From Minisyncoccia bacterium (GTDB taxonomy: Bacteria; Patescibacteriota; Minisyncoccia; Phycocordibacterales; UBA918), in the NCBI GenBank assembly GCA_041736805.1, contig JBGSSW010000016.1:66526-130525 (forward strand): a DNA stretch of 64,000 bases, written 5' to 3'. The notes beneath the pieces are model-generated. The model was not told the origin of the DNA. It did not search any database and worked only from the letters and a program-made list of their open reading frames with translations. Below are positions 39,833 through 50,318 of this stretch, piece by piece. The translations under genes were made by a program, and so were the position numbers. Position 1 is the stretch's first letter. Every line of letters starts with the position of its first letter.

Positions 39833-39859
39833 ATTTAATTTGCTATAATATTTCGTATT

Positions 39860-39937
39860 ATGAAATACGTAGTAATGGCAATTGGTTTATTTATTCTTTT
39901 AATGATTGTAAACGCTTACTTAGGCGGTAACTCCTAA
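39860..39937 (+). CDS. 25-aa single-TM peptide (not in ORF track)
   Basis: MKYVVMAIGLFILLMIVNAYLGGNS*; extended -10 TGCTATAAT at 39841-39849. Confidence 0.5.
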   Translation: MKYVVMAIGLFILLMIVNAYLGGNS

Positions 39938-39945
39938 AGACCACC

Positions 39946-40935
39946 GTGGAATACTTACTTTCGCTTCTCTTACTGGCAGGTTCAGCCATGTTTTCTGGAT
40001 TAACTCTGGGTTACTTTTCCCTTAACCTAAATACCCTCGAACGCCGTGCAAAGCATGGCAACAAAGAAGCGAGGGCTGTTTACCCCATCCGCAAACGAGG
40101 CAACCTACTTCTTACCACGTTACTTTTAGGTAATGTAGCAGTAAATACTGCCCTTTCGGTCTATATCGGCTCACTTCTAAGTGGCGTAGTAGCTGGAGCT
40201 ATTGCAACTACAATGATTTTTCTTTTTGGAGAAATTATTCCGCAAGCAGCCTTTTCTAGACACGCACTCTCAGTAGGAAGCAAGTTTGCTCCATTAGTAA
40301 AAGTATTGATGTTTATCATGCTTCCAATTACTTTTCCGATTGCTTACGCTTTAGACAAAATACTTGGTGAAGAAATGCCAAACCTTTATTCAAAACGTGA
40401 CTTAATGCAAATTGTTAGTGACTTGGAAGAATCCGAACACAGCGATATAGATGCTGATGAAGAGAGAATCGTGCATGGGGCTTTACAGTTTTCTCACACC
40501 TTGGTTAGGGAAATTATGACTCCAGCAGAAAAGGTCACTGTCTTTGAAAGAAATCAGCGACTTAACCAAGAATTTATCAATAAAGTGGTAGAGACCGATT
40601 ATTCTCGTTACCCAGTCTATAGTGGTAATTCTGACAATATTGTTGGTATTCTTTATGCTAAAGAATTAATTTCAGAAGAGCAAAATACTGCCCTTTTTGA
40701 AACCGAAGATGCTTTTGATGAAAATTTCCTCAAAGTTAATCCGGATGAAAAATTGGATGTAGTGTTAGGAAGAATACTTAAACAAAAAAAACATATGGGG
40801 GTTGTACTATCTAGAAATAAACAATTTCTAGGAGTAGTAACACTGGAGGATATTATTGAAGAAATTATTCAATTCGAAATCGAAGACGAAGGAGATGATG
40901 ATAATGAAAGAGAAAATTTTGAAGAAAGTAAGTAA
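39946..40935 (+). CDS. CNNM/DUF21 + CBS metal transporter (CorB-like)
   Basis: FSGLTLG, LLTTLLLGN, FGEIIPQ, YSRYPVY, VTLEDIIEEI. Confidence 0.92.
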   Translation: MEYLLSLLLLAGSAMFSGLTLGYFSLNLNTLERRAKHGNKEARAVYPIRKRGNLLLTTLLLGNVAVNTALSVYIGSLLSGVVAGAIATTMIFLFGEIIPQAAFSRHALSVGSKFAPLVKVLMFIMLPITFPIAYALDKILGEEMPNLYSKRDLMQIVSDLEESEHSDIDADEERIVHGALQFSHTLVREIMTPAEKVTVFERNQRLNQEFINKVVETDYSRYPVYSGNSDNIVGILYAKELISEEQNTALFETEDAFDENFLKVNPDEKLDVVLGRILKQKKHMGVVLSRNKQFLGVVTLEDIIEEIIQFEIEDEGDDDNERENFEESK

Positions 40936-40952
40936 AAAATTTGTTTTTAATC

Positions 40953-41762
40953 ATGCCACTTGAACCCTACACTCTTATTGAAAAAAAAGTTGGCGAAACC
41001 CCTCTTGAGGCCTTGGAAAAATTACGTGCAAGCAGACCCGAACTAGCTGGTACACCTTTGGCTTATGCGGGAAGGCTTGACCCCATGGCCTCAGGTAGGC
41101 TTTTGGTATTGATTGGCGAAGAGTGTAAAAACCAAACAGACTATCATAATTTAGATAAAGAATACCAAGTTGAAATTTTATTTGGAGTTAAATCAGACTC
41201 AGGTGATGTACTTGGATTAGTGACCGAAGGAATAAGGTCAACTATTACTACAGATAAAATAAAATCAACTTTTGTAAATCTGACCGGACCAATTGAACTT
41301 CCCTACCCAATTTTTTCATCACGTACGGTACAAGGTAAACCCCTTCATACTTGGGCCATGGAAAACAGATTGTCTGAAATAACTATTCCAACTAAAAAAT
41401 CAGAAATTTATGCTTTGAATTTAAGCGACCTGACTACTATTAGTCGAGATGAATTAGTAGTAAAATCCTTAGCTAAAATAGAATCTATACCTCCAGTTAC
41501 AGACCCTAGAAAAGCGCTTGGGAATGACTTTAGGCGACCTTTAGTAAGAAAAGCCTGGCAAGAGTTTTTAGATAATGGAGGAAAAGATGATATTTTTTAT
41601 TTAGCAGAAATCACCTGTATTTGTTCAAGCGGCACTTACATGAGGACCTTAGCAGAAATAATTTCTGAACGACTTGATTCTTTAGGATTAGCCTTTAGTA
41701 TTCACCGAACCAAAATTGGTCAATACAATAAAAGTATTGCTGATTGGGATAAAACTTTCTGA
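40953..41762 (+). CDS. truB: tRNA pseudouridine(55) synthase TruB-like
   Basis: YAGRLDPMASG, KEYQVEI, CSSGTYMRTLA, IHRT. Confidence 0.82.
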   Translation: MPLEPYTLIEKKVGETPLEALEKLRASRPELAGTPLAYAGRLDPMASGRLLVLIGEECKNQTDYHNLDKEYQVEILFGVKSDSGDVLGLVTEGIRSTITTDKIKSTFVNLTGPIELPYPIFSSRTVQGKPLHTWAMENRLSEITIPTKKSEIYALNLSDLTTISRDELVVKSLAKIESIPPVTDPRKALGNDFRRPLVRKAWQEFLDNGGKDDIFYLAEITCICSSGTYMRTLAEIISERLDSLGLAFSIHRTKIGQYNKSIADWDKTF

Positions 41763-43733
41763 TTACTTAGAAAGTTCTTTCACCTTATTTAGATAAGCAT
41801 CAACTGCAAGTACATACTCTGCATGACTCCAAATTAAAGGGGCGGTAGACAAATGAACTCTAGTATTAGGATGCATTTGCTCTGCCAAAACACCCCCAGT
41901 CGTCGCATGTGAACAGGTCCACTCTAAAAGTCCCAGAGGTTCCTTGAGCTCAGTTAACTTGGTTGCTTTTTTGATTAAGTACTGTGCCATCCAAAGTGTA
42001 GTAATTACCCAGGGATTAGGGCTATCAGCATCACTCATGCGGTAATAACCATCGTTTTCATAACGAACATAACCTTTACTATTGGCATGTACCTGCAGCC
42101 TATCTTTAACAGTTTTTGCGGCTTTAGTTATTTTTGGATCATCAATATCAAAAACATCAAAAGTAATCAGTCCGTAGAAGCTACTAGTGTCTAAAGTTCT
42201 ATCATAAGTTAACTCCCCATCTTCATTATGTAAGACATGCTTTACAAACATACCCATAGACTCATCAAATAATATGCTGCCGATAGCAGCCTGCATTCGT
42301 TGAGCAATCGCTTGATATGTTCTCGAATCATCATCTTTACCTAAAATCATGGCAAAACGTGAAGCCGCAATTAATGCCGCATATACAGAAGAGGCAGTAT
42401 AAGTAGAAGTACCATACTTTTCTTCCCATAAATCGTATGAGGCCTGAGGTAAGCCAGTAGTTGGTTCAATGTAGTCACAAAGAAATTTGGCAGCTGGCTC
42501 AATAAAAGGATTGTAAAGAGACTCAATGAATTCTAAATCGTGTTCTCTTTCATAGTGTCGCCACAAGGCAACAACAGTTGCGGCTGTCTCATCTTCTTGA
42601 ATTGGTAAATGCGGCTTTCCCTGTTGCATCCAAGGATGCCAGGAACTCCCCAGCACCCCGTCTGTTCTATACTTGTGCATAAAATAACCTCCAGGTTCAA
42701 TGCATTCAGTTATAAAACTAAAAAACCTTTTGGCCGCATCATGATATCCAGAAATATCCAAAGCGGTAGCGATAACAGCCGCGTCTCTAGGCCAAACATA
42801 GCTGTAAGTATCACGCCCATGATGTAGCATGTCCGTATCACTAGAAGCAATAATTCCGCCATCATTATCTGTATGAACTCTCATGATAATTAATGATCTG
42901 TTATAAAGAGTTCGAAGTGGCGATGGCAAGATAGACAAATCTCTAGTCTCCTTTTCTAACCAAGCTCGCCAGTAAAATTCAGTAGATGAAATTAGGCGTT
43001 CGGGAGTCTCTTCAATCACATATTCATCAAGCGAATGTACTTCCGGAATATTATCACCACAGACCACCCAATAAAAAGCTTCCGCTGAAGCTTCTGGTTC
43101 TAAGTTTGCAGTGAGACCAATAACTGAATCTACTGAACCGTGCTCGATTGGATTTTTTTCTAACTTCCCATCTAATGCGTCCATGTATGTTCCCTCTTTA
43201 CCTTCAATACCAAAAAGACCAATATTATATTCTGTAAACTGAGTGCCATTGATGTAGGCATTAATTAAAAAAGCTGCTTTACCTTTGTAGTGAACAATCG
43301 CTTTTACACGAGGGTCGTAAAAAGCGGTATCTCCTCGCCTTGATTCGTAAATACGAAACTGTTGCGACAAAAATAATTTAATTTCACAGGAGACAGAACT
43401 TTTGTTAGTTATAGTAAAATTTCTTAAAAAAACATTTTGCTCATTATGTACTGCGTCTTTACTTGAAAGTATAATGCCTAGTTTTTCATTTACCGCTTGC
43501 ATTGAACCCACAGAAGTCTCATGGTGAGAACCAATATCAATCTGCCAATCTTCACTATCGAGCCAGGATAAGTTTCCATCCACAAAGACGCCAATTCTAT
43601 GAACAAAGTTACCACTAGCACCACTAACGTGATTAGCTTCACCAACATGCGGATAATACAAGTCACGTAGTTGACCACGGTAATCTAAACCGACCAACAT
43701 GCTTCCATTACCAATTGTGACAGCTCTAGCCAT
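41763..43733 (-). CDS. GH15 glucoamylase family glycoside hydrolase
   Basis: YSYVWPRD, IQEDET, DLWEE, LAEQ, PLIWSHAEY. Confidence 0.93.
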   Translation of the reverse strand: MARAVTIGNGSMLVGLDYRGQLRDLYYPHVGEANHVSGASGNFVHRIGVFVDGNLSWLDSEDWQIDIGSHHETSVGSMQAVNEKLGIILSSKDAVHNEQNVFLRNFTITNKSSVSCEIKLFLSQQFRIYESRRGDTAFYDPRVKAIVHYKGKAAFLINAYINGTQFTEYNIGLFGIEGKEGTYMDALDGKLEKNPIEHGSVDSVIGLTANLEPEASAEAFYWVVCGDNIPEVHSLDEYVIEETPERLISSTEFYWRAWLEKETRDLSILPSPLRTLYNRSLIIMRVHTDNDGGIIASSDTDMLHHGRDTYSYVWPRDAAVIATALDISGYHDAAKRFFSFITECIEPGGYFMHKYRTDGVLGSSWHPWMQQGKPHLPIQEDETAATVVALWRHYEREHDLEFIESLYNPFIEPAAKFLCDYIEPTTGLPQASYDLWEEKYGTSTYTASSVYAALIAASRFAMILGKDDDSRTYQAIAQRMQAAIGSILFDESMGMFVKHVLHNEDGELTYDRTLDTSSFYGLITFDVFDIDDPKITKAAKTVKDRLQVHANSKGYVRYENDGYYRMSDADSPNPWVITTLWMAQYLIKKATKLTELKEPLGLLEWTCSHATTGGVLAEQMHPNTRVHLSTAPLIWSHAEYVLAVDAYLNKVKELSK

Positions 43734-43736
43734 AAA

Positions 43737-44108
43737 TTAAACTTTGTATGTCTGTAGATGTTTAGCTATCACTGTTTTAACCGTATTTTGTGTCTTAGCT
43801 TTCCTTAATTCAGCTGCACACTCTGCATCACACAGCACACTGTCTACCCAATCAGCAAAATCGTGTTTATCTTTTCCTACATGGTGAGCGAAAGTAGACT
43901 TTTCCATTGCAGACACCGCTTCACTTAAGGCAAGCAAGCTGTTTAAAATTTGTCCGTCACTAACCCAAAATGAATGTTCATTGTCTGAATAAGTAAGAAC
44001 TTTTTTTGAGCTCTTCTTTTTAGGGGTGGCTACTTTTTTAACGATTTTTTTTGCTGCGGGTTTTTTGACAGCAACCTTTTTAATTGCTGAAGCTGCTTTT
44101 TTTTGCAT
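43737..44108 (-). CDS. Lys-rich N-terminus + DUF5752-like domain
   Basis: FWVSDGQILNSL..FAHHV..HDFADWV. Confidence 0.75.
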   Translation of the reverse strand: MQKKAASAIKKVAVKKPAAKKIVKKVATPKKKSSKKVLTYSDNEHSFWVSDGQILNSLLALSEAVSAMEKSTFAHHVGKDKHDFADWVDSVLCDAECAAELRKAKTQNTVKTVIAKHLQTYKV

Positions 44109-44121
44109 AAAATAAATGAAC

Positions 44122-45504
44122 TTATTTCTCTTTTACGAGAACTACTAAAGAACTAAAACGTTTCCATAATCCAAACAACCCTTGCTTAGTTTTTTGCCAA
44201 ATGGTTTGCTCTAAGGAAACTTTTTCCGGTGTTGAAACCATAGATTTTTCTTCCGTCAAAGTCTGTTTCTTTAAAGCTTTCTTTTTGGCCCGCTCTTCTT
44301 CAACTACTAAGGCATGGCTTACCCTTAATTGTAAATCACTTAGGGCATTCATGAAAGCGATATACGCATCATATGGGGATTTGTACGGACTGAAGTAAGC
44401 GTGAACATCACCATCCTCAGACCACTTAGTACACATATAATAAAAGTGATCTGAAGTTTGCAGTTTGCGCCAAATTTCAATTAAATCCTTGTCTTTTGTC
44501 TTCATTATCTTTTCTTCCATTTCATAGATAGCCTTAAGTGCATCTTTCTGGATATCATTTCCAGTCCAAGCAGTTAGGTCTCGATCGGTGTCAGCCCAAG
44601 TCAGTACGTCAGGTACATCAATTTCGCCGACTGAATTATAGCTGGCGACTGTTTCTGAAGGAGTTTTAAAAGTTGTGTCATTTCGACTAGTGAGCATGTG
44701 CGGTAAGGCTTTTAAAAAATTAAAAATACCAGTATCTTCCCACTGATGCTCACCAAAAGTCTCGTAATCCATAAAGAGATTTATAGTTTCGGCTCCTCCA
44801 TGATGCGAGTGAATCCAACTTGTGTATGTCTCAGCACTCAGTGGCCAACTTTCCCAAGCCTGATTTCCAAAACGAAAAGCCACGTCGTCAGACAATTTAT
44901 AGTTTTTTAGTAAAACTTTAATTTTTTTACATCCAGGCGGTTGATAAAGAAAATTAGGACTTCTCCATCCCAGATATTTATCCCAGCCTTCAGCCATTAT
45001 TCCAATGTAGCCATTATCTTCACACCACTTAGCTAAATCGTTACGGTAGGACAATTCAGTATTTCTAAAAACTTTTGGCGTCACACCAAATAGTTGTTTT
45101 ACTCTTTTACGATGCTTTAGGACTTGTCTTTCAAATTCTGGCACAGAATAAAAGAAAGCCAAAGAATGGTGATAAGTGTCGGCTAAAATCTCGACTCGAC
45201 CACTGGCCACTAATTTTTGAAAAGACTCTAGTACATCCGGTGCATAAGCTTCAAATTGATCAAGGACGGTTCCAGAAAAAGAAAGTGCAAAACGAAATTC
45301 TGGATGTGTATCTAATAATTCCTGAAGAATTTTATTAGTTGGTCGATATGATTTATTTGCTACTTTCTCTACTATTCTCCGATTATTTAAATCCGTTTCA
45401 CTGCCATCATTAAAGTATTCATTATCGTTACCAATATCAAAAACACGATATTTTTTAATACGATATGGTTGATGAACGTGAAAATAAGGGCAAACACTAA
45501 GCAT
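44122..45504 (-). CDS. GH57 alpha-amylase
   Basis: HVHQP, FRNTEL, MDYETFGEHQW, LQTSDHFYYM. Confidence 0.95.
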   Translation of the reverse strand: MLSVCPYFHVHQPYRIKKYRVFDIGNDNEYFNDGSETDLNNRRIVEKVANKSYRPTNKILQELLDTHPEFRFALSFSGTVLDQFEAYAPDVLESFQKLVASGRVEILADTYHHSLAFFYSVPEFERQVLKHRKRVKQLFGVTPKVFRNTELSYRNDLAKWCEDNGYIGIMAEGWDKYLGWRSPNFLYQPPGCKKIKVLLKNYKLSDDVAFRFGNQAWESWPLSAETYTSWIHSHHGGAETINLFMDYETFGEHQWEDTGIFNFLKALPHMLTSRNDTTFKTPSETVASYNSVGEIDVPDVLTWADTDRDLTAWTGNDIQKDALKAIYEMEEKIMKTKDKDLIEIWRKLQTSDHFYYMCTKWSEDGDVHAYFSPYKSPYDAYIAFMNALSDLQLRVSHALVVEEERAKKKALKKQTLTEEKSMVSTPEKVSLEQTIWQKTKQGLFGLWKRFSSLVVLVKEK

Positions 45505-45506
45505 AG

Positions 45507-46730
45507 TTATGTTGTGAGGTATTGTAGCAAATTTTTATATAATCTGACTATTTTTTGTGCGGCTTCGCCCCAAGACATTTTTTGCATTTCGCGTTTACCT
45601 TCAGAAACTATTTGATTCCTCATTACTGGGTAACGAAGCGCTGATAGGATTTTATTAGCCATTTCTTCAACATCCCAAAAATCAACCTTCAAAACATTAC
45701 TCAATACTTCACTAATACCAGATTGGTGAGTAATTAAAGATGGTGTGCCATGCAGCAGAGCTTCAAGTGGCACCAACCCAAATGGTTCCGAAACTGAAGG
45801 CATTACCATTAAATCTGCGCTTTGGTACATCCTATCCCTTTCTTCTTCCCATAAGGCTCCAGCAAAAATTACATTCTGCGACAAACCCATCGCCCCAACT
45901 TGTCTCACTATTTGAGTGGTCATATCGCCCCAACCCGAAATGACAAATATAACATTGGGGTCAACGTCAACTACTCTTCTAGCTGCATTAATAAAGTGGT
46001 CCACTCCTTTTTGAATAGTGATTCGTCCATGATAGAGAACGATTTTTTTACCTTGTGCTTTTAGCCCAGCTAAAGTAGGAGTCAATCTAGCAGGTTCACT
46101 TGTATCACATCCATTATGGACAACCTCAACTTTGTTAGGATTAACGCCATGATTATTTACAATAATATTTTTTGTAAATTGACTAACGGTGATTATTTTA
46201 TCAGCCTGAGCAAAAGCTTCGCATTCAATTTTAAAAATAGAAGGGTCAACATTTGTACCAGCGGCTTGATCATAAGAGGTTGCGTGAACATGCAAAACAA
46301 GTGGCTTACCGCTAGCTAGTTTAGCTGCCACACCAGCCAAGTATGATGTCCAATCATGAGCGTGGATAATATCAAAATCTTCTTCTAAGGCTATTAAAGA
46401 AGCTTGGTGAGCAAAGCGGTGGGCTTCTTCGACAATGGTGCGTGACTTAATTATGGGCCTTCCTTCTGTGTCATATGACTCAATATAATGAACGCGACTT
46501 TCAGCGGCATGATAGGGTTGTAAAAATGAATTCACTTCACGTACCTTTACTTTTCTAGCTGAGTCAGCAAAGACAAAGCGAACATCGCCGACAACATCTT
46601 GCCTTCTAGGTAAGACAAAAATAACTTCCACTCCATTACGAATTAGCTCACGAGTCATACCAAAACAGGCAACACCAAGACCGCCATTTCGTGATGGTGG
46701 AAAGTCCCAACCAAAAGTGAGTACTTTCAT
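45507..46730 (-). CDS. GT4 glycosyltransferase (glycogen synthase-like)
   Basis: GWDFPP..GGLG, HAHDW, GRITIQKG, SEPFGLVPLEA; start at ATG 46730. Confidence 0.92.
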   Translation of the reverse strand: MKVLTFGWDFPPSRNGGLGVACFGMTRELIRNGVEVIFVLPRRQDVVGDVRFVFADSARKVKVREVNSFLQPYHAAESRVHYIESYDTEGRPIIKSRTIVEEAHRFAHQASLIALEEDFDIIHAHDWTSYLAGVAAKLASGKPLVLHVHATSYDQAAGTNVDPSIFKIECEAFAQADKIITVSQFTKNIIVNNHGVNPNKVEVVHNGCDTSEPARLTPTLAGLKAQGKKIVLYHGRITIQKGVDHFINAARRVVDVDPNVIFVISGWGDMTTQIVRQVGAMGLSQNVIFAGALWEEERDRMYQSADLMVMPSVSEPFGLVPLEALLHGTPSLITHQSGISEVLSNVLKVDFWDVEEMANKILSALRYPVMRNQIVSEGKREMQKMSWGEAAQKIVRLYKNLLQYLTT

Positions 46731-46989
46731 GAAAAAATGGCTATTTTCTTTATCAAGTTTGATAAATACATAGCTCCAAAACATAATATCACACAAGACT
46801 TTTCTATCGCTGCTATTATTAACTTTTTTTGCTTTTAACCCCTCGAAAAATGAAGACTTAGTCTGATTTATCATAAAAGACAGTACTATTTGGACTAAGT
46901 CAAGTTCTGATAATTCTCGAAGTGAATATTAAAGTTTTTAAGGCTACCAATTGACTAAAAGTGACTTATTTGCTAGAATCGAGACCACT

Positions 46990-47169
46990 ATGTCACAAGA
47001 TTTACTAATAAAGCTAGTCTCGGTTGGAGATAAAAACGGTGTTGGTAAGGGCCATACCTACTACACTCGTTTCAATAATAAGGTTAAAAAAGACCCTAGT
47101 AAGAAATACGAAACCAAAAAGTTTAATCCAGTTTCTCAGACACACACAGTCTATAAGCAAAAGAAATAA
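46990..47169 (+). CDS. rpmG: 50S ribosomal protein L33
   Basis: GHTYYT..KKFNPVSQTHTVYKQKK; Zn-free type. Confidence 0.88.
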   Translation: MSQDLLIKLVSVGDKNGVGKGHTYYTRFNNKVKKDPSKKYETKKFNPVSQTHTVYKQKK

Positions 47170-47197
47170 AAAGACCTCCTACAAAGGAGGTTTTTTT
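47168..47197. terminator. Bidirectional intrinsic terminator
   Basis: AAAAAGACCTCCTACAAAGGAGGTTTTTTT. Confidence 0.8.
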
Positions 47198-47217
47198 ATT
47201 TCTTTTGCATTTATTAT

Positions 47218-48237
47218 CTATTTATCGTCTGCGGGATTATACTTGCCTTGTGCAGCTAAACTATTCATTTTACATGAGTGCAAAAGAGCACTTTGGGCAG
47301 CACCGATATTTTCTGGTTTACCCTGCCAAGCCATCAAAACAGGTTCTTCAATCGCTCTTGAGAACGAATAGGTAATTGGCCAAGGTTGTGCTCCTAAGCG
47401 GGCAATAGCGTTTAAATTTTCTGTAGATCGTTTAGGTGTTTGCCCACCAGAAAGGAAAGCTATTCCGCCCACTTCATGAGGGACTGACAAATGGAAAGTT
47501 CGCAGCGTAGCATTAGCTACCTGCTCGGGAGTTGATTGTTCAGAACACATGTCTCCAGCCAAAACCATTGAAGACTTTAATATCAAACCCTCTAAGTCAA
47601 CTTTGTAAGTTTGAAGGGTGTGAAAAAGTATTTGTAAAGTGCGAGTAGTGACCATTTCTGCTTTAGTTAAATCATGATCCCCGGCATAGATAACTTCTGG
47701 CTCTACCATTGGTACAATTCCTGCGGCTTGGGCAATTTGTGCATAACGAGTCAGCATGACACAATTTGCAGTTATAGCTTCGTCGGTTGGCAGATCATCT
47801 TCATCAATATTAATTACAGCGCGCCACTTTGCAAAACGAGCTCCAAGGTCATAATACTCCTTAAATCTTTCCTCTAAATTGTCTAACCCTTGAGAAACTA
47901 CTTCCCCTTTGAAGCCTTGTAGATCAACAGTCCCTAAGTCAACTTTAATACCGGGCACAATCCCTTTGGCTGTGAGTAAATCCGGAAACGGTGTTCCATC
48001 ATCAGTAAAGTTCTTAATGGAAGAATCATACATAATTACACCTGACAAAAATTCCTCAATTCCTGGGGCCCCAAAAAGTATCTCACGGAAATCCTGTCGG
48101 TTTTCTGGTTTGTTTGGTAGATTAACCATCGCCAGTCTTTTTCCTGCTGTAGCATCACTTTCATCAGCTGCTAAGATTCCTTTACCCGGAGCCATCATGG
48201 CTGCCACAGTCTCATACAATTTAGTGTTCTTTTTCAT
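47218..48237 (-). CDS. Fructose-bisphosphate aldolase class I
   Basis: GKGILAADES, GIKVD, FAKWR, PMVEPE, FLSGGQ, YSFSRA. Confidence 0.96.
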   Translation of the reverse strand: MKKNTKLYETVAAMMAPGKGILAADESDATAGKRLAMVNLPNKPENRQDFREILFGAPGIEEFLSGVIMYDSSIKNFTDDGTPFPDLLTAKGIVPGIKVDLGTVDLQGFKGEVVSQGLDNLEERFKEYYDLGARFAKWRAVINIDEDDLPTDEAITANCVMLTRYAQIAQAAGIVPMVEPEVIYAGDHDLTKAEMVTTRTLQILFHTLQTYKVDLEGLILKSSMVLAGDMCSEQSTPEQVANATLRTFHLSVPHEVGGIAFLSGGQTPKRSTENLNAIARLGAQPWPITYSFSRAIEEPVLMAWQGKPENIGAAQSALLHSCKMNSLAAQGKYNPADDK

Positions 48238-48371
48238 ACTAACTATAAGTGTAGCAAAATTATAAAAACAAAAAGTACCTGCCTGTTGGCAACTTATTAA
48301 AAAAACGACCAGGTAAATTGTCTAGGCATAACAACTTACATGGTCATTAGGTTCAGATGCAATAAAAAGTT

Positions 48372-48710
48372 CTAGCTATTCTTTATTCCATGTGTATACG
48401 CAACACAAATTAATAAGATATGAAATCTTTGTTCCCTAGAACATGAACACTCTTGGGGGTTACTGAAATTAAATCCGCATAAGGAACTGATGGCAAAAAG
48501 ATCTTCGTAGTTCAACTGTCCCTTGAACTCTTCAATGACTTGAAAGAAAACCTCATTCTTGAAAATTGATCTATGAACAGTAATCCTTCCCGACTGGGCA
48601 AACTGAGCTAGCAAAAATTCCGACAAACCAAATACAACCTTTGTGTTTGTGTTCATTAGTCTTCCCCTACGGCCGTTGACAAATACGATTCTACCCTTAT
48701 AATGCAACAT
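48372..48710 (-). CDS. Hypothetical protein (start possibly 48656)
   Basis: ORF only. Confidence 0.4.
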   Translation of the reverse strand: MLHYKGRIVFVNGRRGRLMNTNTKVVFGLSEFLLAQFAQSGRITVHRSIFKNEVFFQVIEEFKGQLNYEDLFAISSLCGFNFSNPQECSCSREQRFHILLICVAYTHGIKNS

Positions 48711-48715
48711 TATTT

Positions 48716-49471
48716 ATGCTTAGTCAAGAAATAGCTTGGTTGTTGAAGGAGAAGTATCAAGGTGAAAAAACCAAAGGTTTTTTTACAGACTGCACTAGAC
48801 TTGAATCTGGTGAACCACTAGCTTACATAATAGGCTCAATTCCCTTTCTTGGAACAACAATTTACCTTAACTCAAAACCCCTAATACCTAGAGTAGAAAC
48901 TGAGTTTTGGATTGAGAAATTAATTTTGTATATTAAGAAAAGAGTTTCAGAGGGACAAAGAAATATTACTTTACTTGATTTGTGTGCTGGTAGTGGCTGT
49001 ATTGGCGTGGCCGTAGCTAACGCCATACCTGAAGTGACAGTGCACTTTGTTGAACTAGAAGAAGAGCACTTAGATACAATTAAAATAAATTGCCTATCCA
49101 ATTCTATTGATGAGAAAAGATTTAAATTGTTTCAAGGTGACCTTTTTTTAGTCGAAAACAAGGCTTTAAAAAAATACGACTACATAGTCTCTAACCCCCC
49201 ATACATCGACCCTAAGTTGAATCGAACTGAAAATTCAGTCCGTAAATTCGAGCCGAGAAATGCCTTGTATGGAGGAATCAACGGCATGGAGCTAATTAGT
49301 AAAATTATACGGCAATCTGCGTCCTACTTGTTAAAAAATGGTGAATTGTGGTTAGAACATGAGCCAGAACAAGCTGTGCTAATTAAAACAGTAGCCTCTA
49401 ATAAATTTTCTACTACCACCAATTTTGATCAATATAACGTGGTTCGTTACTCCCAATTAGTGTTAAAATAA
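48716..49471 (+). CDS. prmC: Release factor glutamine methyltransferase
   Basis: GEPLAYIIG, LIPRVETE, DLCAGSG, SNPPY. Confidence 0.93.
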   Translation: MLSQEIAWLLKEKYQGEKTKGFFTDCTRLESGEPLAYIIGSIPFLGTTIYLNSKPLIPRVETEFWIEKLILYIKKRVSEGQRNITLLDLCAGSGCIGVAVANAIPEVTVHFVELEEEHLDTIKINCLSNSIDEKRFKLFQGDLFLVENKALKKYDYIVSNPPYIDPKLNRTENSVRKFEPRNALYGGINGMELISKIIRQSASYLLKNGELWLEHEPEQAVLIKTVASNKFSTTTNFDQYNVVRYSQLVLK

Positions 49472-49476
49472 AGTAT

Positions 49477-49707
49477 ATGGACTCAATTTCTAATATTTCG
49501 GCGATGATTAATATTCCCTTTCATGCAATGTCTACTTTAATCTTTTATATCACCACTATCGTTTATATTATATTTTCTATAATTGTTCATTATCACTGGA
49601 ACGAATATAGTGTTGATGAAAAAATTACTAGATTAACGCTAATACTGTATTACTCTACTACTCTGCCTTTGATGATCTTGATGGGAATAATGGTTTTAAT
49701 TATTTAA
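49477..49707 (+). CDS. Small two-TM protein
   Basis: Hydrophobic ORF in an operon. Confidence 0.7.
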   Translation: MDSISNISAMINIPFHAMSTLIFYITTIVYIIFSIIVHYHWNEYSVDEKITRLTLILYYSTTLPLMILMGIMVLII

Positions 49708-49711
49708 TACT

Positions 49712-50278
49712 ATGTTATTCGAAAAAATTGAACTTGAAAATGAAGAACACATAATATCGACTATACGTAAACATTGGTTTATTATTTTTTCAGACTTGTT
49801 TGGCACTTTTACAATGGTCTTGGCACCCATATTTGTCATTTTTTTGTTAGCTGTCTTTCCCCAAATAATCCCAGAATCTTTACACCTACAATCACATCTA
49901 CCTCTAATAGCTTTCGTTATATCAATTTGGCTATTATTTAGTTTGCTGGCTGGTTTTATGGTCTGGACGCATTATTATCTGGACCTTTGGATAGTAACAG
50001 ATCATCGCATTATCGTGATTGATCAAGTTCGTTTTTTTAATCGTAAAGTCAGTAGTTTTAGACTTGAAAGACTGCAAGACACTAAGGTAGTGGTTGACGG
50101 TGTAATTCCAACTTTTCTTAATTTCGGAACCTTGCACGCACACACCGCTGGTACAGGTGAAGAAAATTTCACTATTAATGGCTTGCCAGACCCAAGGGGT
50201 ATTCAGGCGACTATCCAGAAAGCAACCGACGCTAGGCTTAGAAGCTTAAGTAATCCTGCCCAGAATTATAGTAATTAA
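49712..50278 (+). CDS. Membrane protein with bacterial PH domain
   Basis: RKHW, WIVTDHRII, LERLQD, NFGTL. Confidence 0.85.
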   Translation: MLFEKIELENEEHIISTIRKHWFIIFSDLFGTFTMVLAPIFVIFLLAVFPQIIPESLHLQSHLPLIAFVISIWLLFSLLAGFMVWTHYYLDLWIVTDHRIIVIDQVRFFNRKVSSFRLERLQDTKVVVDGVIPTFLNFGTLHAHTAGTGEENFTINGLPDPRGIQATIQKATDARLRSLSNPAQNYSN

Positions 50279-50318
50279 GCTTGCACTTCAGACACCTCTC
50301 ACCTACAATCATGTAAAT

